64,000 nt of DNA. Origin: Eledone cirrhosa (Eukaryota). This document shows positions 38,196 to 50,883 of the stretch, one piece after another. The notes beneath the pieces are model-generated. The model saw nothing but the letters and a program-made list of their open reading frames with translations, was not told the DNA's origin and did not search any database. The stretch spans positions 75,392,001 through 75,456,000 of the forward strand of contig OZ024740.1 of the NCBI GenBank assembly GCA_964016885.1, given 5' to 3'. How positions within the stretch are numbered: position 1 is the stretch's first letter; each line of letters begins with the position of its first letter. The translations under genes were made by a program, and so were the position numbers.

Positions 38196-39106
38196 ATATA
38201 TATATATATTATATATATATATATACTGGTTAATTTTCGACAAGAAGAGAAATGAGGAGGAGAAGTCATAATTAAAGCTTCGAATAAGGAATATGACATT
38301 CTCCCCGATGTCGCTGACAAGAGCTCACACGCTATTTATTACTGATAGACATTCCAAAACGAGAACATCAAATATATGGTAAGATCACTGTCGCCTTTAA
38401 TTGACAACCCTCCTCCCAGACCATGAGTGGGACGTGACAAAAATTTCACATCAGCAGTCTTGTTACTTTCAAAATAATCATGTCACTATATAATATAGGA
38501 AATTTTTTTCCATCTTTCTTCACACGTGTGTATAAACTATTACTTTCTAGTGATACTATTAGCATCATGTCAGTAGGCTAGTTATGCTGCAATCTTCGAT
38601 ATAATCTTCCTCGACAGTAATCATAGCTAGTCAAATTATTTTCGGAGTCCGTTTTCGTGTCACAATCTAAACCTTTTGCTAAGCTTAATTGTGGCGAATT
38701 TTGGCGAATTGTGGCATTTTCTCACAAACATGATCCCCACAAAACTTACCCGCTTGTTAATAAATATTTTAAACTTGACAATCGAAACATCCTCCTCATG
38801 CGAAATCGTTATTTTTATTTTGCTTTTCATTCTTACTTTCCATTAGATGTCTACTCTCAACAGGTTTTTTTCTTTTTTTCTCCTCTCTCTCTCTCTTTCG
38901 CCCACTCACTCGTTCTGATTCTTCTTGTCCATCGTCCTATTCCCCCTCATTTGTTTTCATTTCCCTCACTAACATACACATCATTTCTCTCCTTTGTTGC
39001 CATAATAATTGACCCTCACAACAACGCTCTTCAGCTATTATGGCGCCAATCATATCATTGAATCACTTCGTGTAACAATCTACGTGCATCTATCTATCTA
39101 TCTCAC

Positions 39107-39157
<51 letters not shown>

Positions 39158-39170
39158 ATATGTATATATA

Positions 39171-39369
39171 TACAGGAAAAAGTATGACCCCGACGGCAGA
39201 GCTCAAGCCTTTTCGACAGCTATTTCTGGACTCCAGAAATAGCCGTCGAAACGGCTTGAGCTCTGCCGTCGGGGTCATACGTTTTCCTATTTCCCACTCT
39301 ACTACCCTAAGTATTGAGTACTCTGGTGCGTTATGGTCCATCTGGTTCCTTACTACAATTCCTTTGTTA
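39171..39369 (+). mobile_element. family M mini-element, copy 2
   Basis: Hairpin 39171-39289 plus tail; near-identical reverse complement of 50312-50513. Confidence 0.9.
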
Positions 39370-39391
39370 TATATATATATATATATATACA

Positions 39392-39435
<44 letters not shown>

Positions 39436-39518
39436 TATATATACACAGTATATATACAGTATATATACACAGTATATATACTGTATATATATATATATAT
39501 ATACAGTATATATACACA

Positions 39519-39562
<44 letters not shown>

Positions 39563-39595
39563 TATATATATACAGTATATATATATATATATACA

Positions 39596-39637
<42 letters not shown>

Positions 39638-39707
39638 TATATATATATATACAGTATATATATATATATATATATATATACAGTATACATATATATATAT
39701 ATATACA

Positions 39708-39796
<89 letters not shown>

Positions 39797-39810
39797 TATA
39801 TATATATACA

Positions 39811-39846
<36 letters not shown>

Positions 39847-39986
39847 TATATATATATATATACAGTATATATATATATACAGTATATATATATATATATA
39901 TATACAGTATATATATATATATATACAGTATATATATATATATATACAGTATATATATATATATATACAGTATATATATATATACA

Positions 39987-40028
<42 letters not shown>

Positions 40029-40148
40029 TACATATATATATATATATACAGTACATATATATATATATGTATGTACATATATATACACAGTATATATATA
40101 TATATATATATGTATGTACATATATATATACAGTATATATATATATAT
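39369..40148. repeat. (TA)n array punctuated by about 30 CAG insertions (TACAGTA)
   Basis: Directly visible. Confidence 0.95.
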
Positions 40149-40166
40149 GTTTGTACATGATGATGA

Positions 40167-40200
<34 letters not shown>

Positions 40201-40202
<2 letters not shown>

Positions 40203-40485
40203 TCATCATCGTCCTCATCATAATCACCGTTTAGCGTCCATTTTTCTACGCTTGCATGGGTTAGACGAGTCATCCACGCCGGGAGGCAAGTCTGGCCAGG
40301 GTTGGTCATGTCGCACGCTGCTCCAGCGAAGACTGTGAATTTGGCCGGGTATTTTACACCTGGATACCCTTCCTAACATCAGCCACATTTACAATGTAGA
40401 ACTGAATGGCTCCGTTATGAGGAAGGACAGGCCAGTTGGCAGCGCCGAAACCGTCTCACAACGTAACCATAGTTTTGGAGTCCGA
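40201..40485 (-). mobile_element. SINE/LINE 3' end with (GAT)n tail
   Basis: (CAT)n followed by CGTTTAGCGTCCATTTTTC...GCATGGGTTAGACG, recalled as a common octopus repeat end. Confidence 0.5.
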
Positions 40486-40499
40486 CATATATATATATT

Positions 40500-42665
40500 A
40501 TACTTGGGGAGGGCCATATCGTTGTAATAATATTGCCAGAATTAATAACAGAACACACTCACTGTTTGGTTGGTTTTCGCTTCTGTATTTTTATATCAGT
40601 TAATTTATTCGGTCCTCAATGTTTATCATTGACTGACCAACGGTCGAAAATACAGATATAATATAGATATAAACACATATATATAGTCTAACAAAGTTCT
40701 TTCGTTGCACTTCTGCAACACTGTCAGTGGTGCTATTATGTTTCCTCTTGTTGTATTGTATGTCTACGCCATCTTTATTTAATCTGTTTATTTATTTATT
40801 TATTTATTTATTTTTGTCTTCTTCTCTGCGCATGCGTTTGCGTGTGTGTATAGTGTTTGGTGTGTGTTCGTGTTTGGGTGACTCTGATTTGGTCATTGTA
40901 TTCTATTTTAGTTTACTAGTGTGTGTTTATATGTGTATGTTGTTATTGTGCTTGTGTATGTATTTATTTATTTATTTATTTATATTTCTCTTAGGTCAGT
41001 ATTGTTTGTTTGGGTGTTGTTATTCCATTCATTTTTCTGTTTAGCTTTGGCCCTCTAAGTTCTATTTCGCTGGCCTCTCTGATTTGCCTATCTGCTGGGT
41101 CATTTCTATGTTTAGATATTATTCTAATTTCTATGTTGTCTATGTTACCGTCATGTTGTTGTCTAGCATGTTCGTATAGTACCGACCCGTTTTTTCGTCC
41201 TTTGAGTTCCCCCCAGTGTTGGTCTATCCTTTCACCTATGCTACGAGCTGTCTCGCCTATGTATCTTGTAGTCATGTTTCTGCAAGTACCCTCTGTACAT
41301 CTTATGCTATAGACTACGTTTCTACTTTTACAATTTATCCGGGGGTTCACCTTACATATAATACATTTCCTATTAGTACAGTGGATTTTCTTTAAAGGGT
41401 AGGTTTTGCTGATCAGGGATTTTATGGTGGTTCCTGGCTTTTCTGCCACCTTAATCTTGAAGTGGGTCTTTCTCAGGGCCGTTCTACACTTGTTAGCTAA
41501 TTTCCCTCCAGGGCTAGCGTCCACGAACATGACACTCTGGTATCTCTGGTTGTCGTACCATGAGGCGGCTTTCCCTATCTTATGTCTAGCCCTATCTAAG
41601 CTATTCCATGATTTGCTCCTGTATAATGGGCAAATTCCTTTCATGTCCAGTTCTATGAGGGCCTTATACTTTTCCATGGCTCCTTCGTATACTCTGATTC
41701 TGTCTCTTTGGTTGTAGCCAGAGAACTGCATGCGGTTGATGAAGGGTTGGATGTGTCTTTCCATTTCTGTTGGGTCGCACATGCGGGACACATTCTTCAT
41801 CACTCGTCCCAAGTCTGCGAGCAGAATATTAAACTTAGCACTACTGGACATTCCTGAGTTTTTGAGTGTCAGGTATTTGGAGGCCATGGGTTTAGCATAG
41901 TGTGAGTGGAGAATTTGGGCTCTCTCGTCTATAGTGTTAATCCAGAGTTCCGTGTCTAATACAGGTAGTCTATTGTTACTCTGGTGTATGGAATTAGCTA
42001 TCTGCTGGATGCTTTCAATTGTGCTACATTCTAAATTATACTTGTTAGTATTCTCTTGTGGGTATGTCCTTATTACTATATTGATGTCGTCTACGTAACG
42101 AGAGTACATGATGAGGTCTATGGAGCTCTCATCAAGGAGATCTTTGAGTCGCCTTTTCCACCATACCATAAAAAGGTTGGCAACGTCACCAGTTATGCTG
42201 ACGCCAATGGCTGCTCCCTCATTTTGGGTGTAGATCTTCTCGTTGAATTTGAATATGTGACCCTTTAGGGTAGTTTTAATACTAGCCCCTATTGCATGTG
42301 CGACCATTTTTATTACCTGATCATTGTTTTGGGGGGTCCGCATGGCTTTGGTCAACCCAACCCACCTTCCCATAGGAGTCTTTTTTGCCATTAAGGTTAT
42401 GTGGGGGGGGGGTCTACCTCTTATGGGTCTACTGGAGCAGAAACGGCTAAGGTCATGGCTGTCTAGGTAGTCAGTGTCGTAGGTAAGTCTAAGTAGGAGG
42501 TCCAGTTCGTCTGTGTCGACGTCACAGAACTTCACCTCACTCTCACTGATCATCTCCACACATTTTTCCACAGCAAAATCAATGTTAATGGATGGGTACA
42601 GTGACACCACGTCCATACTGCCTATTATGCAGTTGGATAGGTTTTTGTTTTTGTTGCACTCAAAA

Positions 42666-42668
<3 letters not shown>
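40500..42668 (-). mobile_element. Penelope-like element (YVDD type), 5'-truncated, between (TA)n tracts
   Basis: RT-GIY-YIG ORF plus ~490-bp 3' region. Confidence 0.88.
40991..42616 (-). CDS. PLE reverse transcriptase-GIY-YIG endonuclease (open, N-terminally truncated)
   Basis: MDVVSLYPSI, YTQNEGAAIG, SRYVDDI, LPVLDTEL, C..C linker, VVYSIRC...YIGETARSIGER, REASEI, LNRK. Confidence 0.9.
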   Translation of the reverse strand: MDVVSLYPSINIDFAVEKCVEMISESEVKFCDVDTDELDLLLRLTYDTDYLDSHDLSRFCSSRPIRGRPPPHITLMAKKTPMGRWVGLTKAMRTPQNNDQVIKMVAHAIGASIKTTLKGHIFKFNEKIYTQNEGAAIGVSITGDVANLFMVWWKRRLKDLLDESSIDLIMYSRYVDDINIVIRTYPQENTNKYNLECSTIESIQQIANSIHQSNNRLPVLDTELWINTIDERAQILHSHYAKPMASKYLTLKNSGMSSSAKFNILLADLGRVMKNVSRMCDPTEMERHIQPFINRMQFSGYNQRDRIRVYEGAMEKYKALIELDMKGICPLYRSKSWNSLDRARHKIGKAASWYDNQRYQSVMFVDASPGGKLANKCRTALRKTHFKIKVAEKPGTTIKSLISKTYPLKKIHCTNRKCIICKVNPRINCKSRNVVYSIRCTEGTCRNMTTRYIGETARSIGERIDQHWGELKGRKNGSVLYEHARQQHDGNIDNIEIRIISKHRNDPADRQIREASEIELRGPKLNRKMNGITTPKQTILT

Positions 42669-42726
<58 letters not shown>

Positions 42727-42729
<3 letters not shown>

Positions 42730-44757
42730 AATATCTTTAAGTCGTTTGGAAGCCTCGACAATGCAAATGGGTAAATCTCCGGGTAACAAGATCCGGTGGT
42801 GGAGAGAGAGATGTAAGTGGGTGTACGTTGAGATGCGTGGCGTGTATAAGACGTGTAGAGGAATGAAGGAAAGAGTATAAAGGATAAAATAAAAATAACA
42901 ACACGAGAGAGAGTTACCTTGGGAGAGATTTAATTGTCCCTATGTATTTCGGATTTACATCCATCAACTGGGGGTTTTTTCCGGGGTGGGGGAAAGGTTG
43001 TCTGTCGGAAAGGTGCGAAACGCGTCCTCCGCTGTTTGTTGTTTTGAATATCTGAGGTATTCAGCAGAGCGCGCGTGCGCGTGAAATGGGGTCGGTCGGG
43101 CAGAGGTCAGCGGCCGAAGTAGTTCTTTCAATTGTGGGAGTGGGGTGGCGCTAGCTGTCAGTCCATTCTCTGCCTGTTTGTTAAATGTTACTGTGTGTAT
43201 GTGTGCGTGTGTTGTTGTCTCGCAAGTGTGTGTGTGTGTGCGTGTGTTGTTGCCTTGTTCCTCTTTATTGGCAGTGTAGTATGTTCGTATGGTGGAATGC
43301 TACTGTGTGTGTGTGTGTGTGTGTGTGCGTGTGCGTGTGTAGTTGTCTCGCTTGTGTGTGTGTGTGTGCGTGTGTTGCTGCATTGTTTGTTAACTTAAAC
43401 CAAAAACCTCATTTTGCCTCTCTCGGATCGATTGTTTATTTGCTGTTCCAGGCGTTTGATAAAAAGTGCTTCCTTGATACGTAACGTGCCGACGTTTCTT
43501 TCAGTCGCTAGAATTGTGACAATGGGCCTTCCGTCTTTGTTTCCGCATTTGTCTATGTGTTTCCGGAAAGACGAGGCCCTGGTTTTAGTGTGTTCCATGA
43601 TCCGGATGTGCAAAGGTCGGATTGTGCTACCTATATAGTATTGGTTGCACCTGTCACATTCTATCTTATACACGACGTATGTGCGTAGGCAACAGTTCGC
43701 ATGGCGTATCGGGCAGTCTCTGGGGGAGCACGCGTCAGTTGATTTCCCGGGTTTCCTGGAGAGGCATCTTCGCAGGGAGGGGCCCGAGAGGGCCAGGTGG
43801 ATGTCGAGGCCCTCCCTACGTATAGCCTTGCGGATAACGTTGGTGGTATTCTCGCCCAGGTGTGGCATTTTAAGGAAGCACTTGCCTTGGGTGCCTCTCT
43901 GTCTCTTGTGTCTGGCGTCTCCTACTCTGTCTGTGAGCGAGGTAGGGTACCGGTTTGTCTCCAGCACCTCGAGGAATCGCTTGGTATGAGTGACACCAAA
44001 CGCCTGGAACAGCAAATAAACAATCGATCCGAGAGAAGCGAAATGAGGTGGTTGGTTTAAGTTAACAAACGATGCAGCAACACACGCACAGACGCACACA
44101 AGCGAGACAACTACACACGCACACGCACACACACACACACAGTAGCATTCCACCATACGAACATACTACACTGCCAATAAAGAGGAACAAGGCAACAACA
44201 CACGCACACACACACACACTTGCGAAACAACAACACACGCACACATACACACAGTAACATTTAACAAACAGGCAGAGAATGGACTGACAGCTAGCGCCAC
44301 CCCACTCCCACAATTGAAAGAACTACTTCAGCCGCTGACCTCTGCCCGACCGACCCCATTTCACGCGCACGCGCGCTCTGCTGAATACCTCAGATATTCA
44401 AAACAACAAACAGCGGAGGACGCGTTTCGCACCTTTCCGACAGACAACCTTTCCCCCACCCCGGAAAAAACCCCCAGTTGATGTATGTAAATCCGAAATA
44501 TATAGGGACAATTAAATCTCTCCCAAGGTAACTCTCTCTCGTGTTGTTATTTTTATTTTATCCTTTATACTCTTTCCTTCATTCCTCTACACATCTTATA
44601 CACGCCACGCATCTCAACGTACACCCACTTACATCTCTCTCTCCACCACCGGATCTTGTTACCCGGAGATTTACCCATTTGCATTATCGAGGCTTCCAAA
44701 CGACTTAAAGATATTTACCTATTATTCCACAATGCTTCAAGCAAACTTCAATACTCT

Positions 44758-44760
<3 letters not shown>
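42727..44760. mobile_element. PLE with ~740-bp inverted pLTR arms around a GIY-YIG fragment
   Basis: 42727-43455 versus 43999-44720 are near-identical inverted arms; ~40-bp tail only on the right; TA on both sides. Confidence 0.92.
43395..43995 (-). pseudogene. PLE C-terminal fragment with GIY-YIG endonuclease
   Basis: YVVYKIECDRCNQYYIGSTIRPLHIRIMEH...LRIKEALFIK...INNRSE; ORF portion above 43995 is the inverted arm, not coding. Confidence 0.88.
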
Positions 44761-44814
<54 letters not shown>

Positions 44815-44816
44815 TG

Positions 44817-44900
<84 letters not shown>

Positions 44901-44904
44901 TATA

Positions 44905-44957
<53 letters not shown>

Positions 44958-45400
44958 AACCAAACAACCGGAAATTTATAATAAATTGAAGTGAAAACCA
45001 ACAGGTGCGTGTGTTTTTATTGGCATCCTGTTGGATTTCACTTCAATTAATTATAGATTTCCGTTTGGTTGGTTGGTTTGATAACCAAAAGGTTGTTTAT
45101 ATATTGCCAAAGCTCTTTCGTCACACAACCTGTGACCTCCTCGGTGACTAGGTTTTTATTTGGTGTCTCTCCTTTGTTCTGTCCTACACCATCTTGTTTT
45201 TTCCCATATTCCTTGGGGAAAAAACTTACTACAACACGTAATTTTAAATCTTTAATTTTCAGTTTTTAATTCTTATTAATTCTATTTAATTGTAATACTC
45301 AGCATTTGATAAGATGAATTTTAATAATACATGGAAACCGGTAATACTTTATATACTTTATATACTTTATACAATATAAATCTCTTTTTTAAAAGAATTG
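44958..45400 (+). mobile_element. decayed PLE pLTR with terminal palindrome (44958-45078) and HHR relic (about 45302-45348)
   Basis: AATTGAAGTGAAAACCAACAGG / CCTGTTGGATTTCACTTCAATT; TTGATAA...GAAACCGGTA. Confidence 0.55.
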
Positions 45401-45541
45401 CCCCTCATTTTTTCAATAATGTCACTTTCACGAATCAAAGACAGGGGAAATAAAAAAGAAAAACAGACCCTAAAATATATTTTCCATGCTATTTCCAACT
45501 TCACCTTTCCTCTCTCTCTCTCTCTCTCTCTCCTTCTCTCT

Positions 45542-45621
<80 letters not shown>

Positions 45622-45629
45622 GTGTGACA

Positions 45630-46135
45630 TTGACAGGCATAAGAATGAGTCCTCAATATTGAAGTATTTAAATATTCTTTATTATGGCTGTGTGGTGAGT
45701 CTTGTTACTCAGGAGTTTCGCCTGTATACAGGATCATCACTCGTCTCTTTTTCTAATTTTTCTCTTCTCTCTTTTTCCTGTTTTCTCTTTTCTCTTGTTT
45801 TCCTCCCCATATCCCCTCCTCCACTTTCATCGCCACCCCCCGTAATTATCTCCGTATTTTCCCCCGCCCCTTGGTGCTCGTCCCTCCATCAAATCTTTCT
45901 TTTTATTTTTTTTCTTCTTTTATTTCTTTTTATATTTTCCTTCTTTCTCTCCTATCCTCCATATTGTTGTATAAACCTCCATACATATTCATTTAAAACC
46001 ACACATCCACCCTACTCCTTCACGCTGTCTCCTATTCATACTGTCTCTTGTCTGATGATCCTGTGAGTGTAAATGAGAAACTCTACTGTAACCAAGACTC
46101 GCAAATTAACCATATTAAAGAATACATCTTTAAGC
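45630..46135. mobile_element. old fold-back PLE-derived element with two differently decayed HHRs
   Basis: 45670-45740 is inverted relative to 46045-46125; merged consensus CTTGT-CTGATGA-T-CCTGT-AT-ACAGG-C-GAAA-CTCCTGAG-TA-ACAAG. Confidence 0.65.
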
Positions 46136-46211
46136 GTATGCGTGGAGTATGTGTGAGTGTGTGTATGTCTGTCTATGCGTATACACATACATACACACAC
46201 ACATTTGTATG

Positions 46212-46363
<152 letters not shown>

Positions 46364-46552
46364 TATATATATGTATGTATCACTGGATAATTGCTGGCCT
46401 TGTGCCAAAAGTAGAAACAATTATATAAATATATGTATAAATATATTATATAATATATATATTATATAAATATATTATATATATATATGTATGTATATAT
46501 GTATATATATATATATATATTATATAAATATATGTCTGTGTGCGTGTGTATG

Positions 46553-46600
<48 letters not shown>

Positions 46601-46613
46601 CTGTATATGTGTA

Positions 46614-46644
<31 letters not shown>

Positions 46645-46974
46645 TTATATATATATATATATATATTTAAGTGTGTGGGAGAATGCATGAAGGTGTAAGT
46701 ATATGAGTGTGTGTGTGTGAATGTGAGAAGATATGTCTATAGACATATCTTCTCACACTCACATACTTACACCTTCATGCATTCTCCCACACACTTAAAC
46801 AGGCATGTATAAAAAAACAAAAAAAAAACAAAAACAAACCCCTCTTAAAGGAAGACTACTCTTTATCCACCTAATCTTAACTCTTTGACATTAGAGATAG
46901 AACAGATACTCTATACCATTTCCTGTCAGCATGACTTGGCAAGCTATTTAGAACACTGGTTTGACGGCTTTACT

Positions 46975-47013
46975 TCCCTCTGAAGAAGAGATATTATCTC
47001 GAAAATTTAGGAC
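46975..47013 (+). ncRNA. minimal type I hammerhead ribozyme
   Basis: CTGAAGA-A-GAGAT-ATT-ATCTC-GAAA-ATT-TA-GGA; weak stem I. Confidence 0.65.
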
Positions 47014-47111
47014 ATTTAAATAAATCTAAGGTAAAAGACTAATTGTCAACAATAACTTTTGCATTTGCATTCTTTATTCTATGTCCATACCTGCATTGTT
47101 TTGGCTTTATT

Positions 47112-47300
47112 ATGCGGTGGATTGGCAGTATCGGTAGAGAGTCGGACGCCATGCTTTCCAGCATAGTTACGTCCCTTTACGATCTGAGTTCAAATCCCGC
47201 CGAGGTTGACTTTGCCTTTCATCCTTACGGGGTCGATAAAATAAAGTACCAGTAATGCACTGGGTAATTGCTGGCCTTGTGCCTAAAGTAGAAACAATTA
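47112..47300 (+). mobile_element. SINE family 1, full length, inserted into a pLTR
   Basis: Splits GGCTTTA|CA.ATACAAACG, which is contiguous at 47535-47555. Confidence 0.9.
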
Positions 47301-47600
47301 TACATATACAAACGTTTATATATATATATATATGTTTGTATTTGTAAAGCCAAAACAATGCAGGTATGAACATAGAATATACATGCAAATGCAAAAGATA
47401 TTGTTGACAATTAGTCTTTTACCTTAAATGTATTTAAATGTCCTGACATTTAAATAAATTTAAGGTAAAAAACTAATTGTCAACAATATCTTTTGCATTT
47501 GCATTTATATTCTATGTCCATACCTGCATTGTTTTGGCTTTACAAATACAAACGTTTATACCTCATTACACAATGCTTCACGTGAACTATAACTTCCTCC

Positions 47601-47634
<34 letters not shown>

Positions 47635-47689
47635 GTGAATATATATATGAATATATATATATATATATATATATATGTGAATATATATA

Positions 47690-47779
<90 letters not shown>

Positions 47780-48249
47780 TATATATATGAATATATATAT
47801 ATATATATATATATATGAATATATATATTCATATATATATGTATATATATATAAATATGTATATATATATATAAATATGTATATATATATATATAAATAT
47901 GTATATATATATATAAATATGTATATATATATATATATATGAATATATATATTCATATATATATGTATATATATATAAATATGTATATATATATATATAT
48001 ATATAAATATGTATATATATAAATATGTGTATATATATATAAATATATATGTATATATATGCATATATATATGTATATATATATATGCATATATATATGT
48101 ATATATATATATATGCATATATATATATACATATTTATATATATATATACATATATATGTATATATATATATGCATATATATATGTATATATATATGTAT
48201 ATATATATGTATATATATAAATATATATGTATATGTATATATATATATG

Positions 48250-48304
<55 letters not shown>

Positions 48305-48411
48305 TACATACACATATACAGTGTATAGATACACACACACATATATATATATATATGTATATATATACATATATATATATATAAAAAAAGAATATTGAAA
48401 AAATATGTATG

Positions 48412-48445
<34 letters not shown>

Positions 48446-48456
48446 TATATACATAC

Positions 48457-48533
<77 letters not shown>

Positions 48534-48546
48534 CATATATATATAT

Positions 48547-48597
<51 letters not shown>

Positions 48598-48600
48598 TAT
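47601..48600. repeat. compound (TA)n microsatellite region
   Basis: Directly visible. Confidence 0.95.
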
Positions 48601-48811
48601 TTTTTTCAATATTCTTTTTTTCAATATTTGTTCTTTCCTTCACTCTTTCTCAATATTATATCTTTTCTCTTTTTTCTTCTATCTCTCTCTTTCTCTCTCT
48701 ATTCTCTTCTCTCTCCCATCTCACTATTCTATCTCCCTCCCTTTCAATATTTTTTTCTCTCTATCTCTCTCCCTCTCAATTTTTTTCTCATTATCTCTCT
48801 CCCTCTCAATT

Positions 48812-49412
48812 TTTTGTCTCTCTCCTTTTTACATCTATTTTGTCTCTCTCCCTTTTACATCTATTTTGTCTCTCTCCCTTTTACATCTATTTTGTCTCTC
48901 TCCCTTTTACATCTATTTTGTCTCTCTCCCTTTTACATCTATTTTGTCTCTCTCCTTTTTACATCTATTTTGTCTCTCTCCCTTTTACATTTATTTTGTC
49001 TCTCTCCCTTTTACATCTATTTTGTCTCTCTCCCTTTTACATCTATTTTGTCTCTCTCCCTTTTACATCTATTTTGTCTCTCTCCCTTTTACATCTATTT
49101 TGTCTCTCTCCCTTTTACATCTATTTTGTCTCTCTCCTTTTTACATCTATTTTGTCTCTCTCCCTTTTACATTTATTTTGTCTCTCTCCCTTTTACATCT
49201 ATTTTGTCTCTCTCCCTTTTACATCTATTTTGTCTCTTTCCTTTTTACATCTATTTTGTCTCTCTCCCTTTTACATCTATTTTGTCTCTCTCCCTTTTAC
49301 ATCTATTTTGTCTCTCTCCCTTTTACATCTATCTTGTCTCTCTCCCTTTTACATCTATTTTGTCTGTCTCCCTTTTACATCTATTTTGTCTCTCTCCCTT
49401 TTACATCTATTT
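48812..49412. repeat. 26-bp tandem repeat, about 23 copies
   Basis: Unit ACATCTATTTTGTCTCTCTCCCTTTT. Confidence 0.97.
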
Positions 49413-49589
49413 TCTTCCAACAATTTAATTTAAATAAACCGTTGTTTTTTTCAATTTTTCCGACACTCATTTGTATACTCACTCACAAATTTGTATCACC
49501 CTCAATTATCTCCGCTATCCAGCGAATTTCAACCGTTGAGGTTGTCTGTTTTCAGGGTATGTCAATATTTATTTATAAAACAAATCTGC

Positions 49590-49653
49590 ATTTTATCTGA
49601 TGAAAGCGCACCATAATTTACCTTGGTCGCCCTTGAAATATATATAATAAAAT
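49590..49653 (+). ncRNA. type I hammerhead ribozyme (family B-related)
   Basis: ATTTTAT-CTGATGA-AAGCGCACCA...TGGTCGCCCTT-GAAA-TATATA-TA-ATAAAAT. Confidence 0.82.
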
Positions 49654-49815
49654 AATTATGGTTTTATAAATATAGTTTCCATTTATTAATATATTGTATA
49701 TTTACTCCACTAAACTGTTGAGTGCTTTATATCAGTTATAAAAATGTTTAAGCTTGTTGAATCCCAACAAATTAAATATAACCTCTGCATATATATATAT
49801 GTATATCTATATATA

Positions 49816-49883
<68 letters not shown>

Positions 49884-50311
49884 ATAGAATAATCGAGTAT
49901 CGGAAAATCAGCTCACGGATTATCGATAAACAAATCCGACATGAGTGGCAGAGGGCTCAATAATTCAGATAAATCAGATCTATAACTATCGTTAAAATAC
50001 CAACACACAAGAATATGCCTAAAATCACCCATGCAGCCGAAAAAGAACGACCAGGAAGATTCGGGTCACTCAAATAAAATATCAATAAATCAATAATTTA
50101 TATGAATGTAAAAAACATACCCGGACCCACTAGAAAGGTGGTAAATCTAGCTTCTTGGGTTTCTGCAATTCCTTAATCCGTTCTCTATCAGCCCACATAA
50201 AAATATATAAGACCTCTAGGGAACGAATGGACCGGAAAAACTTTATCAACGGGTTACGTCCAACGAATAAAGAAGTTACCTTTAGCTAAATATATATATA
50301 ATATATATATC

Positions 50312-50508
50312 TAACAAAGGAATTGTAGTAAGGAACCAGATGGACCAGAACGCACCAGAGTACTCGATACTTAAGGTAGTAGAGTGGGAAATAGGAAAAA
50401 GTATGACCCCGACGGCAGAGCTCAAGCCGTTTCGACGGCTATTTCTGGACTCAGTCCAGAAATAGCCGTCGAAACGGCTTTAACTCTGCCGTCGGGGTCA
50501 TACTTTTT

Positions 50509-50513
<5 letters not shown>
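50312..50513 (-). mobile_element. family M mini-element, copy 3
   Basis: Hairpin 50391-50513 plus tail 50312-50390. Confidence 0.9.
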
Positions 50514-50592
<79 letters not shown>

Positions 50593-50600
50593 CATATATT

Positions 50601-50634
<34 letters not shown>

Positions 50635-50845
50635 CATATATTTATATATATATACATATATTTATATATATATACATATATTTATATATATATATATAAG
50701 AATTAAAATACTAGAGTGCGTTGGAGTAAAACACACTCGTCATATTATAGAAATGACAGTATAGGATAGCTCAATGTAATACAACAGAGCCGAAAAATTA
50801 TAAAAATAGACAAAGAAGCCTTCAATACATCAAAAGTCTTTATTA

Positions 50846-50883
50846 GCCTACAATGTTTCGTCCCATTAAGGACTCATCAGGGA
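50846..50883 (-). ncRNA. type I hammerhead ribozyme (family C)
   Basis: CC-CTGATGA-GTCC-TTAATG-GGAC-GAAAC-ATT-GTA-GG; canonical core and GUA triplet. Confidence 0.92.

Larger units (their letters stand above)
46667..47600 (+). mobile_element. compound PLE pLTR: 5' palindrome (46667-46799), HHR, SINE insertion, then a second fold-back unit (47331-47600)
   Basis: Segment GACATTTAAATAAA...CCTGCATTGTTTTGGCTTTA occurs as +, -, +; tail only on the last copy. Confidence 0.82.
48600..49788 (+). mobile_element. PLE 3'UTR/pLTR (family B-related) with internal minisatellite
   Basis: 3' 230 bp homologous to 62960-63188; ends in TA. Confidence 0.8.

Noticed and set aside
39090-40338. Long IY/YI-rich ORFs (also 47540-48643, 59889-60551 and many others)
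   Set aside because: Stop-free translations of TA/TG/CA microsatellites, not genes.
40570-40660. HHR at the 3' end of the YVDD-type PLE
   Set aside because: Stems are present but no convincing CUGANGA core on the sense strand.
48395-49600. 340-400 aa ORFs in three frames; CRISPR-like periodicity
   Set aside because: Caused by a stop-free 26-bp tandem repeat with no spacers; not CRISPR and not coding.
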